A DNA stretch of 64,000 bases from a virus: positions 32,001-96,000 of the IMG/VR virus record IMGVR_UViG_3300021962_008382; one strand, written 5' to 3'. The notes under the pieces were generated by a model. It was not told where the DNA came from. It did no database searches and was given only the letters and a program-made list of their open reading frames with translations. The first letter of the stretch is position 1; every line of letters starts with the position of its first letter. Positions 15,705 through 25,023 of this stretch are shown here, piece after piece. The translations under genes and the position numbers were made by a program.

Positions 15705-16259
15705 ATGATCCATTACTATTGTTTTCACAAAACTAGACAAATAATCGTTTCTGATCTTCCTGTAGAAAAGATCAGAAAGAAATATGGTCATGAGTACGAA
15801 ATTCTTACTTCTGTAAAAGAAAAATCTTCTGTAGAAGTAATTAATGCTCGTACTGCTCGATCTTATTCCAAATATATTATAACTGAAGACTATTTAGTAA
15901 TCAAGAAGAGAAATACCGAAAAAGCTGTAGCTGCTGCAATTCTAGCTACTAAAGGTAAACCGAGAAGTGAGGAAGTAAAACGTAAAATATCTTTAAAGCT
16001 TAAAGGCCGGGGTAGATTTACGGGTAAAAAACATAGACCAGAATCTAAACAAAAAACTTCTGAAGCTATGAAAGGCAATACTAATTCTAAAGATTTATAT
16101 TGGGTTTACGATCCTAATTCTGATTATGAAACTCGTATTAAAAATAGAGAGGACCTTCCCCCAGGCATGAAGTTTGGTAGAGATTATTATTCTACTGAAG
16201 CAATATCTATGTTTAAATCTTCTACCAGGCCTCCCACCAATTCTCCCAAGGAAAAATAA
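15705..16259 (+). CDS. NUMOD3-repeat protein related to homing endonucleases, no clear catalytic motif
   Basis: GKPRSEEVKRKIS, GKKHRPESKQKTS, C-terminal W...P.G..GR; start adjusted to MIHYY. Confidence 0.75.
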   Translation: MIHYYCFHKTRQIIVSDLPVEKIRKKYGHEYEILTSVKEKSSVEVINARTARSYSKYIITEDYLVIKKRNTEKAVAAAILATKGKPRSEEVKRKISLKLKGRGRFTGKKHRPESKQKTSEAMKGNTNSKDLYWVYDPNSDYETRIKNREDLPPGMKFGRDYYSTEAISMFKSSTRPPTNSPKEK

Positions 16260-16659
16260 CCCAGCAAGGGTCTTCTAGCTTGTTAATTGTAAGCCCGGAA
16301 AAATCTGCCGTAAAAGTAGAAGACTCATTATCAATTAAATAGCAATACTTTACATTTAGTTTTGCATATCTAGAATCTAAATCTTGTTTTATTTTATGGG
16401 ATGATGACCCGGTGTCGTTTATATCATCTATAAACAATATCTTAATGTGAGGAAATATTTGAGGGAGGATTATTCCTACCCCTTTATTAATAATATAACA
16501 AGGTATATCATAATATTGACTGATGTAGTTCGCAGGAACGATGCCTCCTCTCGCTGGCCCTAAAACCAGATCCGGTCTCCAGTTTTTAAGAGTAAGTTGC
16601 CGAATAATATCAGAAGTATATTTTTTTACTTGTGTATCACTGATATACAATTTTTTCAT
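16222..16659 (-). CDS. Type I phosphoribosyltransferase (Gpt-like)
   Basis: ARGGIVPA, PRPP motif ILFIDDINDTGSS, WVIFPWE. Confidence 0.88.
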   Translation of the reverse strand: MKKLYISDTQVKKYTSDIIRQLTLKNWRPDLVLGPARGGIVPANYISQYYDIPCYIINKGVGIILPQIFPHIKILFIDDINDTGSSSHKIKQDLDSRYAKLNVKYCYLIDNESSTFTADFSGLTINKLEDPCWVIFPWENWWEAW

Positions 16660-16661
16660 AT

Positions 16662-17066
16662 TTAAGATCGAGTAATAGATATAATTTTATCTATTTGTTT
16701 TTGAATAAGGGCTGATCTGTTCGGCCAATGTATATAGTCTTTCTCTGGATTCTTCATTAAGTTAACCAGCAGAGGCATGATCATACTTTCTAACAGTTTA
16801 AGCTTTTCATTAATATCTTTACTAATTAATGCTTTATACTCTTCAGTGTCTAGGTTAGGAGTACTGGCTTGTTCTATTCGTTCTAAAATATTTACGACTT
16901 CTTCGATATTGGTTTCTAATTTTTTAATACGCTCTAGAATAGGTCCAGAAATTTCTTCTGTGCTTACTGCAGGAGCAGAAGGTACTGGGGTTTTATCTGG
17001 GTCGTCTACAGCAGAAAAACCAAAATCGAAACTTGATTCTAGATATTCTTTCGGTATGGTCGACAT
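16662..17066 (-). CDS. Conserved T4-like hypothetical protein
   Basis: FDFGFSAVD...PLLVNLMKNPEKDYIHWPNR. Confidence 0.75.
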   Translation of the reverse strand: MSTIPKEYLESSFDFGFSAVDDPDKTPVPSAPAVSTEEISGPILERIKKLETNIEEVVNILERIEQASTPNLDTEEYKALISKDINEKLKLLESMIMPLLVNLMKNPEKDYIHWPNRSALIQKQIDKIISITRS

Positions 17067-17073
17067 ATTACCT

Positions 17074-18786
17074 CTAAGCTATAGTACTGAAGTTATTTTT
17101 CTTTACAAATCTAATGACAGATCTAAATTTATCGAATAACGCATCTTTATGACTAATTACAAAGATGTTACTCTCTTCACCTATAGTATTTAGAATATTC
17201 ATTACATAATCTGTACCATTAAGGTCTAGAGACCCATCAAATACTTCATCCAGCAGAAGTAAATTAGTATTGGTAGAATTTTTCATCCTAGCAATAGTTC
17301 TCCAGGTAAATAACAATGCCAAGTCAATTTTAGCTTTTTCGCCTTCAGAAAACGAAGCATAGCTAAATTCATCTCGGTGTCTAGATTTAATAGTTTCGTT
17401 AAATGACTCATTTAGTTCAAAAGAAACAAAAAAATCCATAGATTGTAAAAATTTATTTACTAGTTTATTAATCAACGGTAGATATTGTTTAATAATTTTA
17501 GTCTTGATGCCCGTATCTTTTAATAAAATTTCTGCCATATTTAAATATTGACGTTCTTCAGCTGCAGCGGCTTTCTCTTCGTTAAGTTTTACGACCTCTT
17601 TAGCTATTTCTTTTAGTTTTAACTTCTCATCATCTATATTACCAGTATTAGTTCGACATTGTTCAATCTCTTTATTCATTCTACCAATGAGAGATTGCTC
17701 TGTAATAATATCGCTCGAGGTTTTATTAATTAAATTTTGATTAGCAATAATTTCATTTTTAATTTCATTTATTTGTTCTAATCTACTCTCTACATCCAGA
17801 ATTTGATTTTCAATCTGCTCTATAGCAGCTGCTAATTCATTCAATTTTTCTTCATGACTATGTACAGCTTGTACTTTAAACTCTTCATCTAAAGTTTGAC
17901 TGCATGTAGGACAGGTATCGTTATCTTTATAAAAATTAATCTCTTTAATAGAGTCTTTCTTTTTTAACTTTAACTTATCTAAAATAGCTTTTAGTTTACT
18001 CTCTTTTGATGTATTAGCGTCCAGATCAGTAATAGAGTTTTTTAGATTATCGATAATGCTTTGTTGCTTATCTCTAGTATCGATTAAGACTTGTATCTTT
18101 TCATTACACTTTTCTATCTCTGCTGTGAGTAGATTTACTTTTTCCAGCTTATCATTCTCTAGCGTTTCTATATACCCTTGCTGCAGTTTAGCTTTAGACT
18201 TTCCTAGCTGAATATTATTTTCTAATAAAGTTATATTATTTTTATTCTCGTTGTGCTTTTCTTTCAGCACATCGTTCATATACGAAAATATTTTAATATC
18301 CAGAAGATCTTCGATGATCTCTCGACGGTGACCGGCTGGTAGTTGCATGAATGGAGTAAAAGAAGCCGACCCCAGAATTACTATCTGAGTAAACGATTTA
18401 TAATTAAGCTTTAATACATGCTCTTCTAGATATTGCTGATAATCTCTAGAATCAGCTACTTGGTTTACCAGATCACCGTTTAGATATATTTCAAACACAG
18501 TAGGCTTAGCTCCCCGAACAATTTTATATTGCTTGGGACCTACATTAAAATCTATCTCCACCACCATTTGCTTTTGATTAATACTATTAACCAGCTGTGG
18601 CTTATTAATATTTCTAAACGGTTTATTAAACAGAACATAACAAATGGCATCGAGTATTGTACTCTTGCCAGCACCGTTTTCCCCTACAATAAGTGTAGTA
18701 GGAGATCTATCTAGCTTGATTTCAGTAAATTGTGCGCCCGTAGATAAAAAGTTACGATAGCGCACTGCTTTAAAGTGTACAGACAT
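17074..18786 (-). CDS. gp46: Recombination endonuclease ATPase subunit (Rad50/SbcC-like)
   Basis: GENGAGKST, CPTC hook, FSEGEK, LLDEVFD. Confidence 0.97.
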   Translation of the reverse strand: MSVHFKAVRYRNFLSTGAQFTEIKLDRSPTTLIVGENGAGKSTILDAICYVLFNKPFRNINKPQLVNSINQKQMVVEIDFNVGPKQYKIVRGAKPTVFEIYLNGDLVNQVADSRDYQQYLEEHVLKLNYKSFTQIVILGSASFTPFMQLPAGHRREIIEDLLDIKIFSYMNDVLKEKHNENKNNITLLENNIQLGKSKAKLQQGYIETLENDKLEKVNLLTAEIEKCNEKIQVLIDTRDKQQSIIDNLKNSITDLDANTSKESKLKAILDKLKLKKKDSIKEINFYKDNDTCPTCSQTLDEEFKVQAVHSHEEKLNELAAAIEQIENQILDVESRLEQINEIKNEIIANQNLINKTSSDIITEQSLIGRMNKEIEQCRTNTGNIDDEKLKLKEIAKEVVKLNEEKAAAAEERQYLNMAEILLKDTGIKTKIIKQYLPLINKLVNKFLQSMDFFVSFELNESFNETIKSRHRDEFSYASFSEGEKAKIDLALLFTWRTIARMKNSTNTNLLLLDEVFDGSLDLNGTDYVMNILNTIGEESNIFVISHKDALFDKFRSVIRFVKKNNFSTIA

Positions 18787-19847
18787 CAGTCATCGCCCTT
18801 ATTCTGAGCTTCAATATAAAGTGTTTTCATTAGAGTCTTCAAACGATTTTTATCACCCATAATATCAACACTGTCAATATATTGAGAAAGTAATGACATA
18901 GTATCTTCTACATCTAGATTATCATCCTGAAGTATGTCTGCTTCAAATTCTGACATATCTTCTATTATTTTTAACTCGATAGGACCATAATTATTAATCC
19001 TATCGATTAATTGATCAAACTTATAATAGTCTGTTTTATTTACTACCACCAGCTTCACGTGTTTATCTTTAAAATCATCTTCTGAATATCCCCAATCTTT
19101 AGTATCATCGTAATATACTTTTGTAAAGATAGTGAAGGGGTTTGGAATAAATTCTAGCTCAGCAGTATCAGTATTAAATAGGTGAAAACCTCGAGGATCA
19201 TCATAATCTGACCATGTCATTTCATACGGATTGCCCAAATAGGTAATATTACCTTCTGTAGATCTATGATGAAAATGACCTGAGCAAACTAAATCAAATT
19301 TATCGAATACTTTACGATCAAATCCTTCATGGTTATCATGGCCTTTATACATCTGAAACCCGGCAATCTCAAAATGACCAAACATAACTTTAGAGTTAGT
19401 TTCTTTTATTTTAGTCTGAAAGAGCTGGTAATTATCAGTACACACCCAAGGCATAAGTAATATTTGAGTATTACCTACTTTAATCTCAACTGGTATTGAG
19501 TGTGATATTACATTATTATACTCTCTAAGAAGAAGATCAGGAGAATTAACATCATTAGTATTCTTATGGTAGGTATCGTGATTTCCTACAATCATAACAA
19601 TACGAACATCACGTTTCTTAGCTTGATCAAAAAAATATTCTCTACAAGACTTAAGCGTGTTGTAGTTAATATATTTCCTTCTATCAAAACAGTCCCCTAG
19701 ATGAAAGATAGTTTTAATACCTTTTGCATCTATAGTTGGCCAGAAGCATTCTTCGTAAAACTTTTTAAAGAATGAATCGAAAGGAAGGGAATCTGATCTA
19801 GCTCCAAAATGAGTATCTGTTACTAAAGCTACTAGCTTATCCTTCAT
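18786..19847 (-). CDS. gp47: Recombination endonuclease nuclease subunit (Mre11/SbcD-like)
   Basis: TDTHFGAR, LGD.FDRR, GNHD, SGHFH; start adjusted to MKDKL. Confidence 0.96.
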   Translation of the reverse strand: MKDKLVALVTDTHFGARSDSLPFDSFFKKFYEECFWPTIDAKGIKTIFHLGDCFDRRKYINYNTLKSCREYFFDQAKKRDVRIVMIVGNHDTYHKNTNDVNSPDLLLREYNNVISHSIPVEIKVGNTQILLMPWVCTDNYQLFQTKIKETNSKVMFGHFEIAGFQMYKGHDNHEGFDRKVFDKFDLVCSGHFHHRSTEGNITYLGNPYEMTWSDYDDPRGFHLFNTDTAELEFIPNPFTIFTKVYYDDTKDWGYSEDDFKDKHVKLVVVNKTDYYKFDQLIDRINNYGPIELKIIEDMSEFEADILQDDNLDVEDTMSLLSQYIDSVDIMGDKNRLKTLMKTLYIEAQNKGDD

Positions 19848-20355
19848 AGATAGCGGAGTTTCCGGCATGTTCAAATACTTCAACAGATTTAACTCTTACT
19901 GTATGATTTAACAACTTACCATCGAAGAGTTTAATATGTAGGATTCTAGATAGCTCTTGATAGGCCATTTCGGCAAATCTCTCACAACCTACCCCAGGTA
20001 CGATTCTAAGATCACAAACAGCACCACGTTTATAAGCAACTGAACTTTCGAGATCAAGTGCTGTCATATCTACTATATTAGATAGTTCGCGAAAGGTACT
20101 AATATGAGGATCGTCTTCTGCAATGAGTAGAGTATGATCGAACATATAGTCTAGCCAATTTTTGAAATCTTTAAGACCGCCGAAATCCATTACCCAGTTT
20201 CTTTCATCTAAACTTTCACACTCAAAAATAACTTTAACACCGATAGAATATCCATGCAACGTAGAGCAGTGTGAATGCTTAGCTCGCCACTGACGAAAAC
20301 AGCACGACAGCCCACGATCAGTTCCATATGTCTTTGTAGAATAAAATTTGCCCAT
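19837..20355 (-). CDS. queD: 6-carboxytetrahydropterin synthase
   Basis: HCSTLHGY, WVMDFGGLK, FDHTL, GCERFA, EHAGNSA. Confidence 0.92.
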   Translation of the reverse strand: MGKFYSTKTYGTDRGLSCCFRQWRAKHSHCSTLHGYSIGVKVIFECESLDERNWVMDFGGLKDFKNWLDYMFDHTLLIAEDDPHISTFRELSNIVDMTALDLESSVAYKRGAVCDLRIVPGVGCERFAEMAYQELSRILHIKLFDGKLLNHTVRVKSVEVFEHAGNSAIYEG

Positions 20356-20361
20356 ATTATC

Positions 20362-20712
20362 TCACATTTTGCAATTAGTAAAGTCTGCAGTATACCAATT
20401 AGCTTGTGCTTCAGGTGATTTATCTTTCTGCCATTTTTTACTTACCGGGTCGTATTGGCCTACTCGAGAAGATATTTCTTTGATTACTTCGTTCATAACT
20501 TTATCGCCATTATAACCGTACTTAGCAATCTCCCCATAAGCAAATACAATAATATCTGCCATAGCATCTATGCGACCTTCTGTATCGGGAGCTGCAATAA
20601 ATTCTCCAAGCTCTTCGACGATCATAGAAACGAAACCATTACGATCAGGTGTTTGAAACGTAATCAGACGTTCATCAGACCAGTCTCTAATACGTTCAAA
20701 ATTAGTTTTCAC
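20362..20712 (-). CDS. MazG-like all-alpha NTP pyrophosphohydrolase
   Basis: EELGE...DAMADI acidic motif. Confidence 0.75.
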   Translation of the reverse strand: MKTNFERIRDWSDERLITFQTPDRNGFVSMIVEELGEFIAAPDTEGRIDAMADIIVFAYGEIAKYGYNGDKVMNEVIKEISSRVGQYDPVSKKWQKDKSPEAQANWYTADFTNCKM

Positions 20713-20878
20713 TCTTAACCTCTCGATCTTTAACTAAACTCATTTTTCTAGCCTGATCAGCACACAATTGAGCTGATACCACCGAACGCAGGTATTTACC
20801 TCTTTCGTGTTTATCTAGATATCTAGATGCGATAATTTTATTTTCCTTATTTAGTTTAAATGTATCGGTAGGTTTCAT
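20702..20878 (-). CDS. 58-aa basic hypothetical protein (not in ORF track)
   Basis: Translated by hand, MKPTDTFKLNKENK...KSEN; fills the gap and overlaps both neighbours. Confidence 0.65.
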   Translation of the reverse strand: MKPTDTFKLNKENKIIASRYLDKHERGKYLRSVVSAQLCADQARKMSLVKDREVKSEN

Positions 20879-21477
20879 TAGAACTCCATGAAGTACGGGT
20901 TTTCAAAAGTGTTAAATTCGTGTATTGATATTAATTTTCTTTGCGCTAGATCTATTTTAAAGACATGATTAGGAATAAGTGACTGACTATTCTCAAATTT
21001 AGTAGAAGAAAAATTCATCTGACTATCATAATACATAGGAGATATTTCATTACGAAAAACATACAGCCCGTCGTTATTATATAAGATACAAGCAAATGTT
21101 CCATCTATTTCGGAAAGAGAATCCCATCCCTGTTCTTTAATTTTTTGTAGTAACCAAATAGTATCCCACTGACCGGGTACTAAGGTTTTCTGTTTTACTA
21201 TACCATTATGCCAGAGATAAGAACCTCTATACACAGCAGGATGTATATTACTTGCTTGAGTAGTAGGAGCCTGTGAGTGACAGACTGTAAAATACGATTT
21301 ATCATTAAATAAAAAATCAGGAGCTACGCCTTTACCTCTTACTAACTCTTGCATAGTAAACTCTTCTTCCCACAAAGTAAAGTATGCAAAAGAATAACTC
21401 AAAGATCCTCTGTACGAATTTAGCGTATAAAGATCTTTGAGTTTATTAGAAGAGAAAGATGCGATTATAGAGCACAT
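20878..21477 (-). CDS. Class II (Ntn) glutamine amidotransferase-like protein
   Basis: N-terminal Met-Cys, RG, HSQAPT, HP, WHNG, DG.FA, RN..SP. Confidence 0.85.
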   Translation of the reverse strand: MCSIIASFSSNKLKDLYTLNSYRGSLSYSFAYFTLWEEEFTMQELVRGKGVAPDFLFNDKSYFTVCHSQAPTTQASNIHPAVYRGSYLWHNGIVKQKTLVPGQWDTIWLLQKIKEQGWDSLSEIDGTFACILYNNDGLYVFRNEISPMYYDSQMNFSSTKFENSQSLIPNHVFKIDLAQRKLISIHEFNTFENPYFMEF

Positions 21478-21479
21478 AG

Positions 21480-22067
21480 TTATTTTTTCTTACAGTTATC
21501 AAAATGCCATCTCTTAGCATTACCTATAGTAGTAGTATAGTTGCAATAAGGACAAGTTGCCATAAGTTTAGCAGGGTGTTTACCGGAACTAATAGCGTTT
21601 TTTGCTGCTATACTTTTTGCTGCCCGATCTTCTTTTGATCTAGTTTTACCTTTCCACCATTTATTAATACCTAACTTAATAAACGTTTCTCTAGCATCTG
21701 GTCTAGGTCTTCCTCTGTTAGCTTGAGAGATTTTTTGTTTCGATTCTTCGGAATGATAAAATACTCTTTCTAAATAATATGTGTAGCCTCCGTGACCCCC
21801 TATCGCTAAATTATAGCATGCTGGATCCTTAACAACATCTTCTGTAATAATTTTTTGCTCTTCCAAAATTAATTCTTTTTCTGTACTATGTATGGAAATA
21901 ATTTTTTTATTAAAATTTTGTTTACCGTATTTTTTAATAGCGGCTTTTAACCTCTTACCTGAACCAAAATATAAATCTTGCTCAGGGTCCTTTCCATCGA
22001 AAGCTCTTCTACCGTAATAATAATGATTATTTAAAACGTTAGTTATTTTATAAATGTAGTAAACCAT
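21480..22067 (-). CDS. Free-standing GIY-YIG (Seg-like) homing endonuclease
   Basis: YIYKITN..N..YYYG, YFGSG..LK.AIKKYG..NF, YNL..GG, NUMOD3 repeats, C-terminal CPYC...HFDNC; start adjusted. Confidence 0.92.
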   Translation of the reverse strand: MVYYIYKITNVLNNHYYYGRRAFDGKDPEQDLYFGSGKRLKAAIKKYGKQNFNKKIISIHSTEKELILEEQKIITEDVVKDPACYNLAIGGHGGYTYYLERVFYHSEESKQKISQANRGRPRPDARETFIKLGINKWWKGKTRSKEDRAAKSIAAKNAISSGKHPAKLMATCPYCNYTTTIGNAKRWHFDNCKKK

Positions 22068-22117
22068 TTTTTTTCCTAATAAACGTATATAATATATAGC
22101 TATTAGGATCTTTAGAT

Positions 22118-22852
22118 TTACCATGTAATTTTTATATTATACGGGGCGGGGTCTTTAAGTTTTAATTTTAAGAAAGCATTGATTCTTTCAGCACACGAGG
22201 GACACTTTCCGCATGAATAGCCGTTTTTTCCGGGGTTATAACACGTTATCGTGTTAGCTAAAAGGTCGGTATTACCATCAAGCTCCTGTAGAATTTTTAT
22301 TTCTTCATATTTACTTAAACTACTAAAAGGTGCAATAAGCTTGATTTTTATTATTCTATTTTCAGACAACAAGTCATTAACCTTACCAATCCATCGCGCT
22401 GTAGTGTCGTGATAATTATATTCATCCGTTGATTGAAGACCGCAAAGAATAGTATCTACATTTTTAGTCTCTGCATATGCAGCTGCAATCGACATAAGTA
22501 TCATATTGCGATTAGGGACATACGTTGGAGGACGAGGGTCCCCTAGAACATCTCTAATAGTAGGCATCTCAATGTTTTTATCTACATTAGCTGAGAAACC
22601 TTGAGATATATCTCCTAAGAAAGAAGCATCTACTACTTTATGACAGACCCCTAACATGCTTGTTGATAGCTTGGCGCATTCTATTTCAAATGCCTGTTTC
22701 TGACCGTAAAAAAAAGTAAGAGCCGAAACATTTTCAGCCCCATACTTTTCTACAGCCAGTCGCATGGTAATAGTAGAATCTAAACCACCGGAAAGAATAA
22801 CTACACAACCCTTGGTATCGGGTAGTAAATTAAGAGCTTCACTTAAGATCAT
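22118..22852 (-). CDS. queC: 7-cyano-7-deazaguanine synthase
   Basis: SGGLDST, YGQK, TYVPNRN, CY...CGKCPSCAER. Confidence 0.96.
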   Translation of the reverse strand: MILSEALNLLPDTKGCVVILSGGLDSTITMRLAVEKYGAENVSALTFFYGQKQAFEIECAKLSTSMLGVCHKVVDASFLGDISQGFSANVDKNIEMPTIRDVLGDPRPPTYVPNRNMILMSIAAAYAETKNVDTILCGLQSTDEYNYHDTTARWIGKVNDLLSENRIIKIKLIAPFSSLSKYEEIKILQELDGNTDLLANTITCYNPGKNGYSCGKCPSCAERINAFLKLKLKDPAPYNIKITW

Positions 22853-23075
22853 CTTTTACTCTCATCAACTCTTTTTGAATTCTATGAATATACACACAAG
22901 AATCCATAAGCTCTTCCTTGAGGTGTTGTATCCAGTCTTCCAATGATAGATCATTACGCTCAGTGGTAACACCGTATTTGGTAAATCCTTTTTGTGATCT
23001 GCTTACAAACTCTTCACATAGTTCATTTACATTCTTATCAGGTGAGTTCATTATTGCCTCGGTGTCTTTTGACAT
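22839..23075 (-). CDS. Small all-alpha NTP-pyrophosphatase-like protein
   Basis: G..KYG...W..HLKEELMD..VY. Confidence 0.6.
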   Translation of the reverse strand: MSKDTEAIMNSPDKNVNELCEEFVSRSQKGFTKYGVTTERNDLSLEDWIQHLKEELMDSCVYIHRIQKELMRVKDDLK

Positions 23076-23968
23076 GGACGAGTAACGTTAAGAATATTCG
23101 ATTGACGGTAAGCTAATTCATATGAAGAAGCTCGTATAGGGTTGATATCAATGCCCCCTCTCCGAGTATAGAGGCACATCACTAATAGCTCCTCGGGTTG
23201 TATTAGATCCCACAAACGCTTATAAATGCATTCGGTAATCTCTTCATGAAAGTGGTTCTCTTTTCGCATCGATACAATATACTTAAGTAAAGATTCCGGT
23301 GTAACCGCCTTATCCCCTTTAATATGGATATAGACATCTCCCCAATCGGGCTGATTAGTTACACGACAGTTCGATCGAAGTGAGTGTGAACGCCATCTTT
23401 CATACCGTCCAATGGATGGTACTACTTCAAGAATATCAGCTGATTCATTATAATCTGTAAATACCATTTTTTCAATATTACAATACTTCTCAAGCGAGAT
23501 GAAATCGCCTGTGACTGGTTTAAACGTATCTACATCACCTATATGGATAGTTACATTAACTTCACCGCCTACTACATCTGATAAATCCATAGAGATTTTA
23601 TCTTCTATGATCCATAAATCATCTAATGTGGTCATAATCTTATCCATATTATATGAATTAAGATATAACTTGACAGATTTAGATTCTACGATATTAGGTG
23701 TATTAGATTGGTATTGAAATTTTAACCAACCGGATACTGGAAATCCATTCTTAAGAAGAGTGGAAAATTCATACGCGTTCCAGGCATCACCACCTACGAA
23801 AGGCAGATTATCATCTTCGATACCGTAAGCAGTTCTATTAAGAGAACGAGGAACACCGACTAAGAGACTGCTGTCTACTTTATCGGGCGTAACGTATGGT
23901 TTTACTACAGATCCATCTCCAGCTTTACCAAGATGGACCGAAGCTAGTTCGTTAATTTTATCGACCAT
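23051..23968 (-). CDS. queF: preQ0 reductase, bimodular QueF
   Basis: QueF motif ESKSVKLYLNS, catalytic SNCRVTNQPDW, FHEE, YTRRGGIDINP. Confidence 0.95.
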   Translation of the reverse strand: MVDKINELASVHLGKAGDGSVVKPYVTPDKVDSSLLVGVPRSLNRTAYGIEDDNLPFVGGDAWNAYEFSTLLKNGFPVSGWLKFQYQSNTPNIVESKSVKLYLNSYNMDKIMTTLDDLWIIEDKISMDLSDVVGGEVNVTIHIGDVDTFKPVTGDFISLEKYCNIEKMVFTDYNESADILEVVPSIGRYERWRSHSLRSNCRVTNQPDWGDVYIHIKGDKAVTPESLLKYIVSMRKENHFHEEITECIYKRLWDLIQPEELLVMCLYTRRGGIDINPIRASSYELAYRQSNILNVTRPCQKTPRQ

Positions 23969-24491
23969 TAATCACCTCAAGTACTTGATTGACTCTTTCT
24001 CTTACGGAGCCGGATACATAATGCACCGGTATGTTATGTTCTTCAATTACATCTATGAAGGATCTATTGATCTGATTCCGAAATGATGTATTGGTAGAAC
24101 GAACACCATCTGAAACTATATCAAACTCTGGTTTAATAAAGAACAGATAATCATAATAAGAAATAAGCTTATGAAACACATTATAGGCTATTTCCATAGT
24201 TTCTTCTTTTATGTTACCGCTCTGTCTTAGCCATTTCGTATACACTAAACCATCTAATACAGTTCGATCAGTAATCATATTCTTATTTAAAAATATATTA
24301 TAAACATGTTTCATCATGATTAACTCTTGAGTATGGTCATTACCTTGCTCGTTAATTGGTAGACCGATTTTTTTTACCCATCGAGTTACTTCGTCACACA
24401 CTACGTAATCTTGAAATTCCTTTTCTGATCTTAGAGCGTTAAGCAGAGTTGTCTTACCTACTGACTGCGACCCCGTTATTCCAATACGCAT
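23958..24491 (-). CDS. P-loop nucleotide kinase-like protein (AAA_28/NadR-like)
   Basis: GITGSQSVGKTTL, TDRTVLD, DGVR. Confidence 0.8.
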   Translation of the reverse strand: MRIGITGSQSVGKTTLLNALRSEKEFQDYVVCDEVTRWVKKIGLPINEQGNDHTQELIMMKHVYNIFLNKNMITDRTVLDGLVYTKWLRQSGNIKEETMEIAYNVFHKLISYYDYLFFIKPEFDIVSDGVRSTNTSFRNQINRSFIDVIEEHNIPVHYVSGSVRERVNQVLEVINGR

Positions 24492-25023
24492 TAGTTCTCA
24501 TCCTCATGAATTGTGTCCACGATTGTAATGACAATTCCTTTAAAGTTCCATATACTTCATCTAAGTTTTTTGCCAGATTCTTTTGGTGCTTCTTAGTATA
24601 AATCTCACCAGCATCTACTTCAGGTATTACTCTATGAACTACTGATCCCAGAGTATTATATTTACCCTCCCATGTTCTTACTTGCGGGTCCTTACCTTTG
24701 AGTTCTGGGTAGATATCAATAGCTGCAGGGTGGCCATTATAAATCTCATACATTTCACAAACGTCTTGTGGTACAAGTCGAAGATATCCATGCAGGGTAA
24801 TTATAGTATCACAGGGTCGCCAAAGGGTCTGTTCTCGTAAGAAGGTCATCAGCATATCGTGACTGCCATACTGAATCGGCGCACCAATCATTCTAAGCTT
24901 AGGGTTAATTTTTAATGTCGTCTCGTAATTATTAGTAGCAATTAAATCCGGTACTTTGTTTAAAGATTGGGATAACTGAACAATCTCAGAACCGGTCTGA
25001 CTAAAAAATGCAATCCATTTCAC
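24454..25023 (-). CDS. PurN-like formyltransferase, candidate preQ1 formyltransferase (DpdN-like)
   Basis: FFSQTGS, LHGYLRLV, YNGHP, G.VVHRV..EVDAG. Confidence 0.85.
   Translation of the reverse strand: MKWIAFFSQTGSEIVQLSQSLNKVPDLIATNNYETTLKINPKLRMIGAPIQYGSHDMLMTFLREQTLWRPCDTIITLHGYLRLVPQDVCEMYEIYNGHPAAIDIYPELKGKDPQVRTWEGKYNTLGSVVHRVIPEVDAGEIYTKKHQKNLAKNLDEVYGTLKELSLQSWTQFMRMRTNAYWNNGVAVSR

Noticed and set aside
21478-22117. Intron joining queC and the amidotransferase
   Set aside because: queC ends normally, the amidotransferase needs its own N-terminal Cys, and there is almost no flanking non-coding sequence.
24454-25023. purN for purine biosynthesis
   Set aside because: No other pur genes in the window, and it is coupled to the TGT-fold gene inside the que operon.
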